Of a DNA stretch of 64,000 nt, positions 11,729 to 21,259 are shown in pieces. Under the pieces are notes generated by a model. The model saw only the letters and a list, made by a program, of their open reading frames with translations, searched no databases and was not told where the DNA came from. The translations under genes were made by a program, and so were the position numbers. Positions within the stretch are counted from its first letter, which is position 1, and the number at the start of each line of letters is the position of its first letter. Origin of the DNA: an uncultured Methanosarcinales archaeon (GTDB lineage: Archaea > Halobacteriota > Methanosarcinia > Methanotrichales > Methanotrichaceae); NCBI GenBank assembly GCA_963843555.1, contig CAWJKV010000016.1:32001-96000 (forward strand), given 5' to 3'.

Positions 11729-12119
11729 ATCATCACTCGAAGTTCAAGATGATCAACACATTTATCAATTTTCCCAGGGACATGCAAAGCGAGATGAATT
11801 CGTGCCATTCTGCGCATGAGCCTGCCGAGGAAAAGCATCCCTGAGCGCGGAGACGCTGGAGCTGCACGGATTCGAGGTGATTTCCAGCTAGCGCGCACCC
11901 ACAGGCGCGGGACGGGAGGGTGGGCCAATGAGCAATATATATATATATATATTAATGAATTGATCTAAGATCTGCTATTTCCATATCTATATCAGTGTAT
12001 CGTTCATCATCTTAAACCTAATATATATTTTAAATACCTGATCACGATATTTTTAGTTGAGCTTTTGCACATCTCATCGGCTTTACTCTTAGAAACTGTT
12101 AAGATGTTGTTTAGCTAGA

Positions 12120-15100
12120 ATGCTCATTGATATGTCACGTGTGATGAATTCCCTTAAGGATCTAAAGGATACTACTCTATGGAAAAAATTAGATACAGCT
12201 TCCAAAGAGAATGAAGATGCGGAGTTTTTGGCGACAAATTTGCCGAAAATTTGTGAAGGAGCTAGCGAGCGTATGAAAGAGATGCCGTCATTGCATGGCC
12301 AATACACTCTCCACGACGAGACACATCTCCTACGCGTTACGGAATTAATGGCAAATATAATACCTGAAAAGGTACTTGATAAATTGAATCCAATTGAAAT
12401 TGCTTTGCTTATCTTATCAGCATTTTTCCATGATCAAGGAATGGTCTTAAGCAAAGAAGAATTAGTGTCTATGAATTCCGAATCAAAATTTAAAATATTT
12501 CGCGACAATTGGTGCATAAATCATCCGAATATAAGAGAGATTCAGATAATATTGCAGGACAAATCCATGAGCCAACCTGAAAAGGATAGAATTAGGCATA
12601 TGGAAAGGGAATTGTTTGACGGATTATTGACGGACTATATTAGGCAAAGCCATGCTCGTAGATCCAGAGATTTTGTTGTATCAACTTGTCATGATGATAG
12701 CTTATGGAAAATCGCAGGAACAAGTCTTACTTCATACGTTGGAAAGCTTTGTGAATCTCATTCATTATCAGCAACTGATTTAATACCCGAAAAGGGTTTT
12801 AACTATGATGAATCAATCGGACAATATAATATTAATCTATCATACCTTGCACTTGTTTTGAGATTGGCTGATATTCTTGACTTTGATCGTGATAGAACTC
12901 CTGATTCGTTATATAAAACGATAAATTTCACAAATGACGTTAGTTTAACTGAGTGGGAAAAGCATCGATCTGTTGAAGGTTGGAATATTGATCAAAAGAG
13001 TATCAGGTTCTCATTGCTTTGCGAAAGGCCAGAATATCAGAAAGCAGCCCTAGATTTCATGGATTTAATCGATAATGAACTAAAAGCTGCGATAAATTTA
13101 ACAAAATCTTATCCAAAAAATTTTGAGATATACTACTTCGACCTTCCTACATCTGTTGATCGAAAGCGTATTGTTGCCAAAGATGATGCGTATATCTATC
13201 ATGATCTAGAGTTTTCATTATCTCGCAACGAAATTGTTAAACTATTATTAACTGATAAATTATATAATTCTCCTGCAATTTGTGTCCGTGAATTACTGCA
13301 AAATTCACTAGACGCCTTAAGATATAGGCGATCACTTAAAAAATTTGATGGATCTGAATGGGCTGACGGCAAAGTGATTTTGGAGCATTTTGTGGATGAA
13401 TATGGGCATGAAGTTCTTAGATGTACCGACAATGGTGCGGGCATGGATGAGGACATAATAGAGAGATTCTTAACCAGAGTGGGCAGAAGTTATTATAGGT
13501 CTCCTGAATTTGAACAAGAAAGAATTATATTTTCCCAAAAAGGTGCGGATTTTGATCCTTGTTCTCAATTCGGAATCGGCTTCATGTCCTGTTTTATGAT
13601 TGGTGATCGAATTATAATAAAAACGCGTCGTGATTATGGTCCAGAAAAGGGTTGGGGTGAGCCCCTTCAGGTCGAAATAAATGGGCTAGGAGGCATGGTT
13701 GTGATTCGAAAAGGCTCTCCGAATCAATCACCAGGAACGATTGTGGAAATAACTGGAAGGAAGAAACCAAGACTATTTGATGAGTACGTAGACAAGATAA
13801 ATTTAATTGATGTCGTCGATGCCTACGCATTGGCCTGCGAATTCCCAATAGAAGCCCATTGCCTGATTGATGAAATAGGGAATGACATTTCGATTCCTTG
13901 CACAATTGTAATCCCAAAAACGGAAATTGAAATAGCTGGAATTAAGAATCAATTGAGCTTTGAGCAAGAATTTTTTGAGATCGATTCTAATTTGAGGGGA
14001 TACGTTCGAGCTAGCTTCCTCCTAAATAATTTGGGCAAAATTGATTTAGCTAATTCTGAAGCACATTGGGATATAGGTAACTTTGGACCTTGTCTTGTGC
14101 TGTCAAATGGCTTAAAAATAAAAGAATCATCAAGAAAGGGCGCAATTTGTTTGGATGGAATTTATGTGTGTGGCAATCCAGAGTATCGCAGCGAAAGACA
14201 TTTCATGAACTTCACAATTTGGAGCAATAATTATATCCCTCTCGAAGGAGATTATTATTTACTGGATGTAAGGGGCATTCTCAAACCACCCTTAACCACT
14301 TCGAGGGATCCTCCAAGAGATCCTCCTGAAGGGTCTCGTTGGGATCGACTTGCATGTATGGCAAATCTAGCAAGAGCCAGATTATGGGAGAAGGTAGCTC
14401 AAACCATCGGAGATAGATTGGATATTGATACATTCTGGAAATTAGCTTTGATACATAGAGCCCCTATCCCATGGTTGCCCGCAAATACAGTATGGTCAAA
14501 ATTATCTGTTCCCATTGTCAAGAATAATGAATTTATAGAATGGAGAGAGGTCTCATCCCTAGGGAATTTATATGTGAGAAAAGATACATCATCAGAAAAA
14601 GCAATATGCAGAGGGTTGTATCAAATTTTTACTGAAAACGGCTTGGAAATCAAAGCTTCGAAGGATTTAGCCAAATGGGAACACAAAGTCCGAATTCGTT
14701 ATGGGTGCCTAAATGAACAATTATTCAATCTAATTATTAGCTTTTCCATAGTTAAAATACTGCAAGGAGATGCCTGCATTTATCTGTCTGAGCCGTTACT
14801 AAATGAATCTCTGATTGTATATCGCATCAACTCAGTATTTTTGCTGCAATATGCAGGTGAGCTGGCCGAAGTTTTCACGGTTCAATTACCTTTTAAAAAT
14901 GCTAACCGCAATCATGCACTCGTTCGAACCGCATTCGATGCTAATTATGTAGAACATCTATCCGATATTCAAACATTTGCTCGTTCTTTGGTCCGATTCC
15001 TTGGTGATACGGATAATTTGAAAGCTCTAATGGATCCTGATGCATATAGCCACCCTGGGATTAATCGATGGATGCGTCATCTCGGCTACCAATACAATTC

Positions 15101-15218
15101 GATAGATTGGGAAAATTATGCTCCAGATCTTTCTCCTCCCTACAAGATTTGGCTGGGAGACCGAGGCATCTTTGAAATAACACATGATCATTTCGAAGCA
15201 TGGGCGTCTCTAAAATAA
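12120..15218 (+). CDS. HD-superfamily phosphohydrolase (HD-CE-like) fused to an Hsp90/GHKL ATPase, 1032 aa
   Basis: YTLHDETH..RV, FFHDQGM, HARRS, CESH, LRLADILD; then LYN....VRELLQNSLDA, DNGAGM, VGRSYY, FGIGFMSCF; AT-rich compared with the backbone. Confidence 0.85.
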   Translation: MLIDMSRVMNSLKDLKDTTLWKKLDTASKENEDAEFLATNLPKICEGASERMKEMPSLHGQYTLHDETHLLRVTELMANIIPEKVLDKLNPIEIALLILSAFFHDQGMVLSKEELVSMNSESKFKIFRDNWCINHPNIREIQIILQDKSMSQPEKDRIRHMERELFDGLLTDYIRQSHARRSRDFVVSTCHDDSLWKIAGTSLTSYVGKLCESHSLSATDLIPEKGFNYDESIGQYNINLSYLALVLRLADILDFDRDRTPDSLYKTINFTNDVSLTEWEKHRSVEGWNIDQKSIRFSLLCERPEYQKAALDFMDLIDNELKAAINLTKSYPKNFEIYYFDLPTSVDRKRIVAKDDAYIYHDLEFSLSRNEIVKLLLTDKLYNSPAICVRELLQNSLDALRYRRSLKKFDGSEWADGKVILEHFVDEYGHEVLRCTDNGAGMDEDIIERFLTRVGRSYYRSPEFEQERIIFSQKGADFDPCSQFGIGFMSCFMIGDRIIIKTRRDYGPEKGWGEPLQVEINGLGGMVVIRKGSPNQSPGTIVEITGRKKPRLFDEYVDKINLIDVVDAYALACEFPIEAHCLIDEIGNDISIPCTIVIPKTEIEIAGIKNQLSFEQEFFEIDSNLRGYVRASFLLNNLGKIDLANSEAHWDIGNFGPCLVLSNGLKIKESSRKGAICLDGIYVCGNPEYRSERHFMNFTIWSNNYIPLEGDYYLLDVRGILKPPLTTSRDPPRDPPEGSRWDRLACMANLARARLWEKVAQTIGDRLDIDTFWKLALIHRAPIPWLPANTVWSKLSVPIVKNNEFIEWREVSSLGNLYVRKDTSSEKAICRGLYQIFTENGLEIKASKDLAKWEHKVRIRYGCLNEQLFNLIISFSIVKILQGDACIYLSEPLLNESLIVYRINSVFLLQYAGELAEVFTVQLPFKNANRNHALVRTAFDANYVEHLSDIQTFARSLVRFLGDTDNLKALMDPDAYSHPGINRWMRHLGYQYNSIDWENYAPDLSPPYKIWLGDRGIFEITHDHFEAWASLK

Positions 15219-15379
15219 TATCAAATTTTATTTGGCATATCTTACCTTCTACTCCCAGAATGTGCGAATATTTGTGGCGCGGGCAGTCGTCCCGACTCCA
15301 GATGAGCATGATACGCCACGACTGCGTCCTCCTGCGGCCTCGGCCCAAAGGCAGCCATCCCTGCCAAGCGCCATCGGTG

Positions 15380-15556
15380 ATATGCTCCCCGCGCGTATGC
15401 CCGTCCATACATGCACGCGGCCCGCCTGATTGCCCATCGACATGAGCCCGGACGACCCGGACCACAGGCGTCAGCAACGAGCGCAGCCCGGGGCAACGGC
15501 CGCAACCACTGTCGATGGCTGCCTGGGAGACTAACCATGCTCGCTGGATCGCAAAA
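15380..15556 (+). repeat. GC-rich inter-cassette repeat, copy 1
   Basis: Core AGCAACGAGCGCAGCC at 15473-15488; GGATCGCAAA end at 15546-15555. Confidence 0.85.
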
Positions 15557-15624
15557 CTGGAGAATGCTTATGAATTGTCTCCAAAAAAATCTCAGCACAT
15601 CTGGATCACAAGATTTCATTTTGC

Positions 15625-15972
15625 CTATTTTGCAACCTGAGATCGGACAAATTCCATGAATTGACGCAAGCTTATGCCGGGATTATCATCCATATAGCTC
15701 TCCTCAACTGCATCCTGAGAACCGTTATGAAAGTGCTTGGGATAAGTCGATACACTCTGCCAGTTTGAATCTGGAAAATTGTCGTGACGTTACATGGAGC
15801 CATCGATGTGTCTTCTCTCCCAATGATAGGAAAACCGACCTGAGATTTTTAAGGAGAATCATATATCGATAAATGAGCCATCATCCACAAATGCTCTGAG
15901 CTTGCCGCGAGAAATGATGGAATCAGTCGAAATATCTGCATATTCTGTATCGATGATTCTCTTCAGCATCAT
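15625..15972 (-). pseudogene. DUF6516/TumE-like toxin, copy 1, with two in-frame stops
   Basis: LRAFVDDGSFIDI*FS...FSYHWER...M*RHDNFPD...STYPKHFH; stops at 15859-15861 and 15790-15792. Confidence 0.7.
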
Positions 15973-15980
15973 TAGATCTG

Positions 15981-16265
15981 CTACTGTTGAGGAAGGTTCT
16001 TCATCGCGGCTAATAGCTCATCTCTTCTGGATTCCAGGTAGTCGAGCTCCTGAAAATCGTCCAGAGCATCCTCCCCCCTAACTTCTCCCTTTTTCAGCTT
16101 ATCATCCAGCTCAAATATGGATCTCACACCATGCTTTGTCCTGATCTCGAATACCTCTGCTTCAATGCATCTCAGTTCTTTCTCCAAGAAGGCCTTGATG
16201 CTAGCCCGAGCAAGAACGTCACGATCCATCTTCAGGGCACTTGCAACCTCATCGATAACTTCCAT
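15981..16265 (-). CDS. Putative antitoxin, copy 1 (partner of DUF6516-like toxin)
   Basis: 94 aa acidic helical protein MEVIDEVASALKMDRD...KHGVRSIFELD, directly upstream of the toxin. Confidence 0.65.
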   Translation of the reverse strand: MEVIDEVASALKMDRDVLARASIKAFLEKELRCIEAEVFEIRTKHGVRSIFELDDKLKKGEVRGEDALDDFQELDYLESRRDELLAAMKNLPQQ

Positions 16266-16379
16266 GATCGAATACCATCCAATAAGACTGTCATTAAGAT
16301 ATTTCAATCCTACCGTTTCTAAAATATGCGTGTATAGAGAAGGATGCCAGATTCCTACTCTCTGAAAGAGATGAACAAT

Positions 16380-16500
16380 TGGCCTCCAGCGCGCCCGAGC
16401 ACGAGCGCCTTCCAGGCAAGCCAGTCCGCCCAAATGACATCGCAGCAAGCCCGGACGTTCCCGGACCACAGGCGGCGGCCACGAGCGCAGCCGGGCCGGA
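16380..16500 (+). repeat. GC-rich inter-cassette repeat, copy 2 (3' truncated)
   Basis: Core GGCCACGAGCGCAGCC at 16477-16492. Confidence 0.85.
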
Positions 16501-16582
16501 GGCAAGGCAAGTGGAGGTTCGGTGTTTCTGTAACAGAAAAGATTTATTGATAGGACGACAAATAGTCAAATGAAGGCTGTCC

Positions 16583-16867
16583 ATGAGTTACGAAAAAATC
16601 ACTTACCGCCTTCATGCGGTTCAGAGGATGTTCGAGCGCAAGATCAGTGCAGAAGAGGTTCGGTACGTGCTGGAGACGGGAGAGGCGATTGAAGAATATC
16701 CTGACGATACTCCATACCCAAGTTGCCTGATCCTTGGAAGCTACAAAGGTCGCCTCATCCATGTAGTAGCGGCAAATAATTTAATCGACGAGGAGAAGAT
16801 CGTAATCACAGTCTACGAGCCAGATCCTTCTGAATGGGACCCGGATTGTAGGGAGAGGATTTCATGA
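16583..16867 (+). CDS. DUF4258-family protein (RelE-like toxin candidate)
   Basis: HAVQRMFERKIS.EEV..VLETGE.IEEYPDDTPYPSCLILG...IHVV...VITVYEPDP..W. Confidence 0.85.
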   Translation: MSYEKITYRLHAVQRMFERKISAEEVRYVLETGEAIEEYPDDTPYPSCLILGSYKGRLIHVVAANNLIDEEKIVITVYEPDPSEWDPDCRERIS

Positions 16868-17091
16868 AATGCGTTATTTGCAGAAAAGCATCTACGAAGC
16901 CCGGCACAACAACAGTTACTTTTGAGCGTGGTTGCCTGACAATGGTGGTGAAATGCGTGCCCGCTCAAGTTTGCCCCAATTGTGGCGAAGCATACATAAG
17001 CGAGTTGGTTACGGCCGAGTTGCTCGATGATGCAGAAGAGCGAGCCAAGACTGGTGCCCAAGTGGAAATTCGACAATATGTGGCGGCCTGA
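16864..17091 (+). CDS. YgiT/MqsA-type zinc-finger protein (antitoxin candidate)
   Basis: MKCVIC...VPAQVCPNCGEAY; ATGA overlap with the DUF4258 gene. Confidence 0.85.
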   Translation: MKCVICRKASTKPGTTTVTFERGCLTMVVKCVPAQVCPNCGEAYISELVTAELLDDAEERAKTGAQVEIRQYVAA

Positions 17092-17139
17092 TTTACTTTT
17101 ATCGGACGGGCTGCCTGACGGCCCAATTGGTAACCGCCC

Positions 17140-17300
17140 ACCTCATGGCAAGCTCCTGCGCGTGTATGTGCCAACCTTACGTGCATGGGTCCGCGCGCAG
17201 ACCGACTTCACAGAAGCCCGGACAGCCCGGCCTCAGGCGACAGGCCACGAGTGCAGCCGCACCACCAACGGTCGATGGGCTGCCTGGCGCTGCTGCCAGT
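17140..17300 (+). repeat. GC-rich inter-cassette repeat, copy 3
   Basis: Core GGCCACGAGTGCAGCC at 17243-17258, followed by CAACGGTCGATGGGCTGCC. Confidence 0.85.
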
Positions 17301-17342
17301 AATCGACAAGTATTGCTCAGTCGGAGATTCTTCTGAATGATT

Positions 17343-17786
17343 TTATTCCCGCCCATCAGTCCTTGAGGCGTTTTCCAACCATTTTTCAGGGCTTATCGCT
17401 AGCACTGATTTCGGACAGCGCTCTAACATCTCTTCATCCCACGAAATCAAAACGGCATCAAAATCCAGAGCAACAGCTGCATAAACAGCATCTGCACCAC
17501 GAAGGCGATTTTCAATAGCAATCTCTGCCGCACGAAGAGCGAGAGTCAGATCCAGAGGAACCTGTGTCATTCCAGGAAAATGCTTTATGAGATTGACCAG
17601 CCTCCCGGATAAAAGCGAGTCTCCGGTCGGCCTGGCAATAGCGGCCCCACACTCGGCAAGCACAAGAGTAGGGCAGAATATTTTTGCTCCTTTTACGCTA
17701 TGCAGGAAACGGTAGCTCCGAGGATATTGTTTTTCAGAAGGTCGGGCTGCAGATACAAAGACGCTGGCATCAATTGTCAGGTTCAT
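17343..17786 (-). CDS. vapC: VapC-family PIN-domain toxin
   Basis: LTIDASVFV, PTLVLAEC, LRGADAVYAAVA, LISWD. Confidence 0.88.
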   Translation of the reverse strand: MNLTIDASVFVSAARPSEKQYPRSYRFLHSVKGAKIFCPTLVLAECGAAIARPTGDSLLSGRLVNLIKHFPGMTQVPLDLTLALRAAEIAIENRLRGADAVYAAVALDFDAVLISWDEEMLERCPKSVLAISPEKWLENASRTDGRE

Positions 17787-18040
17787 CTCCTCATCTCGGC
17801 AAGAATCTCCAAAGCGCTCTTCTTGCTCTTCCATGCCGAATCGATTTCATGGGCCAAAGCCAGCCACTCTGCATCCCAGTCAATTTCCTTTACCACATCC
17901 TCAGAGGATCTTAGTGGAACCAGTACAGCCATGGGTCTGCCCTCTGGGCCGATCAGAGTAGCTGTCTCACCTGGAGATAGTTTCGCTAGAATATCTTCAA
18001 GATTCTTTTTGGCCGAGTCTACAGAAACCTCTACCGACAT
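17783..18040 (-). CDS. Antitoxin (Phd/YefM-like) paired with VapC
   Basis: VSVDSAKKNLEDIL....GE...LI...GRPMAVLVP; ATGA overlap with vapC. Confidence 0.75.
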   Translation of the reverse strand: MSVEVSVDSAKKNLEDILAKLSPGETATLIGPEGRPMAVLVPLRSSEDVVKEIDWDAEWLALAHEIDSAWKSKKSALEILAEMRR

Positions 18041-18164
18041 GATTGACTCCTTCGTAATAATAATTTCATTTTCTTTGATTTATGTACAGCATGCTATTAA
18101 AAGTTAACCAAAAGCAAATCATCGTAGTCTGAGATCAATTGCATCGAAAGTCGCCAGGCCAAAA

Positions 18165-18322
18165 CGGACTCCCCCTGCTCTAGCACCTGTCAGGCAATCC
18201 AGCCCGCCGTGACGACTGTGCCGCTGGCCCGGCCCATAGGCGGTGGCCACGAGCGCAGCCGCACCACCAACGGTCGATGGGCTGCCCGACGCTGCTGCCA
18301 GCGGCCCGCAAGGATCGCAAAA
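18165..18322 (+). repeat. GC-rich inter-cassette repeat, copy 4 (a partial extra copy lies at about 18500-18580)
   Basis: Core at 18245-18260; GGATCGCAAA at 18312-18321. Confidence 0.85.
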
Positions 18323-18632
18323 GCTGTAGCTTGCAACAGATCGCTCTGCTAAAAAGTCTCTGTGAGTCCTCTGTGCGCTCTGTGTCTTTGTGGTGAAATT
18401 GTTAGTTGTTAAGTCATAATTATCGGCTAATATTAATAACAAACCAAATGCATTGCTTTACCAATCCTGCACCAGGATAACTGCTTTTTCAGTAGCAAGC
18501 ACCACCTGGCCTCAGGCCCGACCGGCCTCCTGCCCGCCCGGACAGCAGCACAGCAAGCCAGGACGCCCCGGCCAACGGTTGGGGACAGAAAACCAGGACA
18601 CTCTTGCGGGAACTGTCGACAGGCATTATTGT

Positions 18633-19139
18633 TCAATCCTCATTCTCGCTCGAAGTATGCAATGCCTTTTTGTATATTTCTTCGCCTATCCAGAAACCAG
18701 CGTCATTTCTCAACCTGTCGAGCTCCTCTTTGAGCGATGCTATTCTTCCCTCTCGCTTGGCCCTAATCAAGATACCTATCACGCCGGATATGTTCAATCC
18801 ATACACTCCAGCCGTCTTTCTCGCCTCGCTTTCGTCCAAAAATACAACATCCGGATTCAGCTCGACTGCCAGAGCTATAGTCTCAGATTCGCCTTCATGT
18901 AGATCCCTTTGTAGAAAACAGATAAGAGGGCGATTTGCAGGTGCAACGACATCTATCCTTCCCAATTGTCGTCCCTCTTCTACCTCAGAGGAGCCGGGCC
19001 ATTTCCGGCCTTCCTGAACTACCTCTCTCCAAACAGCCGGTGCTATGAGAATCTTTTTATGAAACTCGAAGAGAAGATACAAGCGTCCAATCTTTGCCAG
19101 ATGTATTAGCGTTGAAGAATCACTGATTGCACCCGGCAT
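18633..19139 (-). CDS. DUF3368-type PIN-domain toxin
   Basis: AISDSSTLIHLAKIG.L.LL, LHEGESETIALA, LDESEAR, GVIGIL, GFWI. Confidence 0.85.
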   Translation of the reverse strand: MPGAISDSSTLIHLAKIGRLYLLFEFHKKILIAPAVWREVVQEGRKWPGSSEVEEGRQLGRIDVVAPANRPLICFLQRDLHEGESETIALAVELNPDVVFLDESEARKTAGVYGLNISGVIGILIRAKREGRIASLKEELDRLRNDAGFWIGEEIYKKALHTSSENED

Positions 19140-19389
19140 ATTTTAAATCCTCTTCTAGCTCAGCTTCTCCATAGTGACGGTTAACCTTACGCTGGCCAAG
19201 AAGATCTTCGAACTGCAGACGCGTAAGGCCACTTAGGGCAGAGGCTTTTCCAGAGGATAGCATTCCTCGCTGGTAAAGCGCCAGAGCTAATTCTTTATAG
19301 AGTTCTGCTTCCACATCATCAGGTGGGACCCTAAGAGCATTTATTATCTCTTCAGGGATCTTTAAGGTTCGAGCGCTCATTTGATTCAT
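19120..19389 (-). CDS. UPF0175-family antitoxin
   Basis: ELALALYQRGMLSSGKASALSGLTR..FEDLL. Confidence 0.88.
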   Translation of the reverse strand: MNQMSARTLKIPEEIINALRVPPDDVEAELYKELALALYQRGMLSSGKASALSGLTRLQFEDLLGQRKVNRHYGEAELEEDLKYAGCNQ

Positions 19390-19489
19390 GCTCCATTTCC
19401 ATAATAATAGCAGAGATTATTAATTAAGCTTTGGCAGCAGAAGAGAATTCCGAGTTTTTAGAAGCTCTTGTGATATCTTATGAGCAACC

Positions 19490-19670
19490 CGACCGGCCTT
19501 CTGCTCTCTCACGAGCGCTCATCAGGCAATCCAGCCGCCCAGACGACAACGCCGCAAGCCCAGACACTCGGACCACATGCGGCGGCCACGAGCACAGCCC
19601 GGGGCAACGGCCGCAACCAACGGTCGATGGCTGCCTGGCGAGACTAACCCATGCTCGCTGGATCGCAAAA
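19490..19670 (+). repeat. GC-rich inter-cassette repeat, copy 5
   Basis: Core at 19584-19599; GGATCGCAAA at 19660-19669. Confidence 0.85.
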
Positions 19671-19738
19671 CTGGAGAATGCTTATGAATTGTCTCCAAAA
19701 AAATCTCAGCGCATCTGGATCAACATGATTTCATTTGC

Positions 19739-20087
19739 CTATTTGGCAAGCTGAGATCGGACAAATTCCATGAAATGAACGTAAGCTTATGTCCGGATTA
19801 TCATCCATATAGCTCTCCTCAACTGCATCCTGAGAACCGCTATGGAAGTGCTTGGGATAAGTCGATACACTCTGCCAGTTTGAATCTGGAAAATTGTCGT
19901 GACGGTACATGGAGCCATCGATGTGTCTTCTCTCTCAATGATAGGAAAACCGACCTGAGATTTTTAAGGAGAACCATATATCGATAAATGAGCCATCATC
20001 CACAAATGCTCTGAGCTTGCCGCGAGAAATGATGGAATCAGTCGAAATATCTGCATATTCTGTATCGATGATTCTCTTCAGCATCAT
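19739..20087 (-). pseudogene. DUF6516/TumE-like toxin, copy 2, with one in-frame stop
   Basis: Near-identical to 15625-15972; TGG>TGA at 19935-19937. Confidence 0.7.
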
Positions 20088-20098
20088 TAGATCTGCTA

Positions 20099-20380
20099 CT
20101 ATTGAGGAAGGTTCTTCATCGCAGCTAATAGCTCATCTCTCCTTGATTCCAGGTAGTCGAGCTCCTGAAAATCGTCCAGAACATCCTCCTCCCTAACTTC
20201 TCCCTTTTTCAGCTTATCATCCAGCTCAAATATGGATCTCACACCATGCTTTGTCCTGATCTCGAATATCTCTGCTTCAATGCATCTCAGTTCTTTCTCC
20301 AAGAAGGCCTTGATGCTAGCCCGAGCAAGAACGTCACGATCCATCTTCAGGGCACTTGCAACCTCATCGATAACTTCCAT
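20099..20380 (-). CDS. Putative antitoxin, copy 2
   Basis: Near-identical to 15981-16265, intact frame. Confidence 0.65.
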   Translation of the reverse strand: MEVIDEVASALKMDRDVLARASIKAFLEKELRCIEAEIFEIRTKHGVRSIFELDDKLKKGEVREEDVLDDFQELDYLESRRDELLAAMKNLPQ

Positions 20381-20494
20381 GATCGAATACCATCCAATAA
20401 GACTGTCATTAAGATATTTCAATCCTACCGTTTCTAAAATATGCGTGTATAGAGACGGATGCCAGATTCCTACCCTCTGAAAGAGATGGACATT

Positions 20495-20677
20495 TGGCCT
20501 CCAGCGTGCCCGAGTACGAGCGCCTGCCAGGCAAGCCAGTCCGCCCAAATGACATCGCAGGAAGCCCGGACGGCCCTGCCCGAGGCGGCGGCCACGAGCG
20601 CAGCCCGGGCAACGGCCCAACCAAGGCCAGCGGCTGCCCCGGCGCTGCTGCGCCAGCGGGCCGCAAGGATCGCAAAA
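20495..20677 (+). repeat. GC-rich inter-cassette repeat, copy 6
   Basis: Core at 20590-20605; GGATCGCAAA at 20667-20676. Confidence 0.85.
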
Positions 20678-20715
20678 CATTTGATTTGGCAAAATCGAAA
20701 TATATCATCCAACTT

Positions 20716-20931
20716 TTACACGCTTACCTCTACAGAAGCCGCCGTGGTAGTTGGTTCAGGTATGCTTAGAGACGCTTCCTTTAGCCCTTCCAGGTGGAAC
20801 TCTATTGCCTCTTTCATCAACTCTAGCGTCTCCTTTCTAGTTGGACCGGTTGCTATGACACCTGGCAAATCCGGACAATAGGCGGCGTAATTATTTTCAG
20901 CTTTTTCAATAATGATCAGATACTCAGTCAT
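20716..20931 (-). CDS. hicB: HicB-family antitoxin
   Basis: YLIIIEK...YAAYCPDLPGVIATGPT.KE....MKEAIEFHLEGL....IPEP. Confidence 0.9.
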   Translation of the reverse strand: MTEYLIIIEKAENNYAAYCPDLPGVIATGPTRKETLELMKEAIEFHLEGLKEASLSIPEPTTTAASVEVSV

Positions 20932-21142
20932 CTTTTCCGACCTCCTTGATACCGCTTTGTCTTAAAATGCTATTCAAGGTACCCTTTGGTACTTCATCAT
21001 CCAAATTCCCTGAGATGGTCACCAATCCACTCTTGAAATGATGCTTGTACTGTCTGTGACTGCCTCTGGTTCTATCAAGGAACCATCCATCCTCTTCTAC
21101 TAGCTTGATGACGGCTCGGACTTTCAAATTGTTAGCCCTCAT
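20924..21142 (-). CDS. hicA: HicA-family toxin
   Basis: VIKLVEEDGW...RTRGSHRQYKH....VTI......GTLNSILRQSG. Confidence 0.9.
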   Translation of the reverse strand: MRANNLKVRAVIKLVEEDGWFLDRTRGSHRQYKHHFKSGLVTISGNLDDEVPKGTLNSILRQSGIKEVGKDD

Positions 21143-21259
21143 TGAGATATTTAACCAATCATAATAGCCTCTCTAGACATATAATTGATTTGCCGCGTGG
21201 CAAATCCTGGCGCCCTCGATCTATTGGCAGCCCACGTCCGCGCCGCGTTACCTTCGATG

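Noticed and set aside
11935..11952. (AT)n microsatellite before the HD/Hsp90 gene
   Set aside because: Short simple repeat in an AT-rich promoter region with no further support
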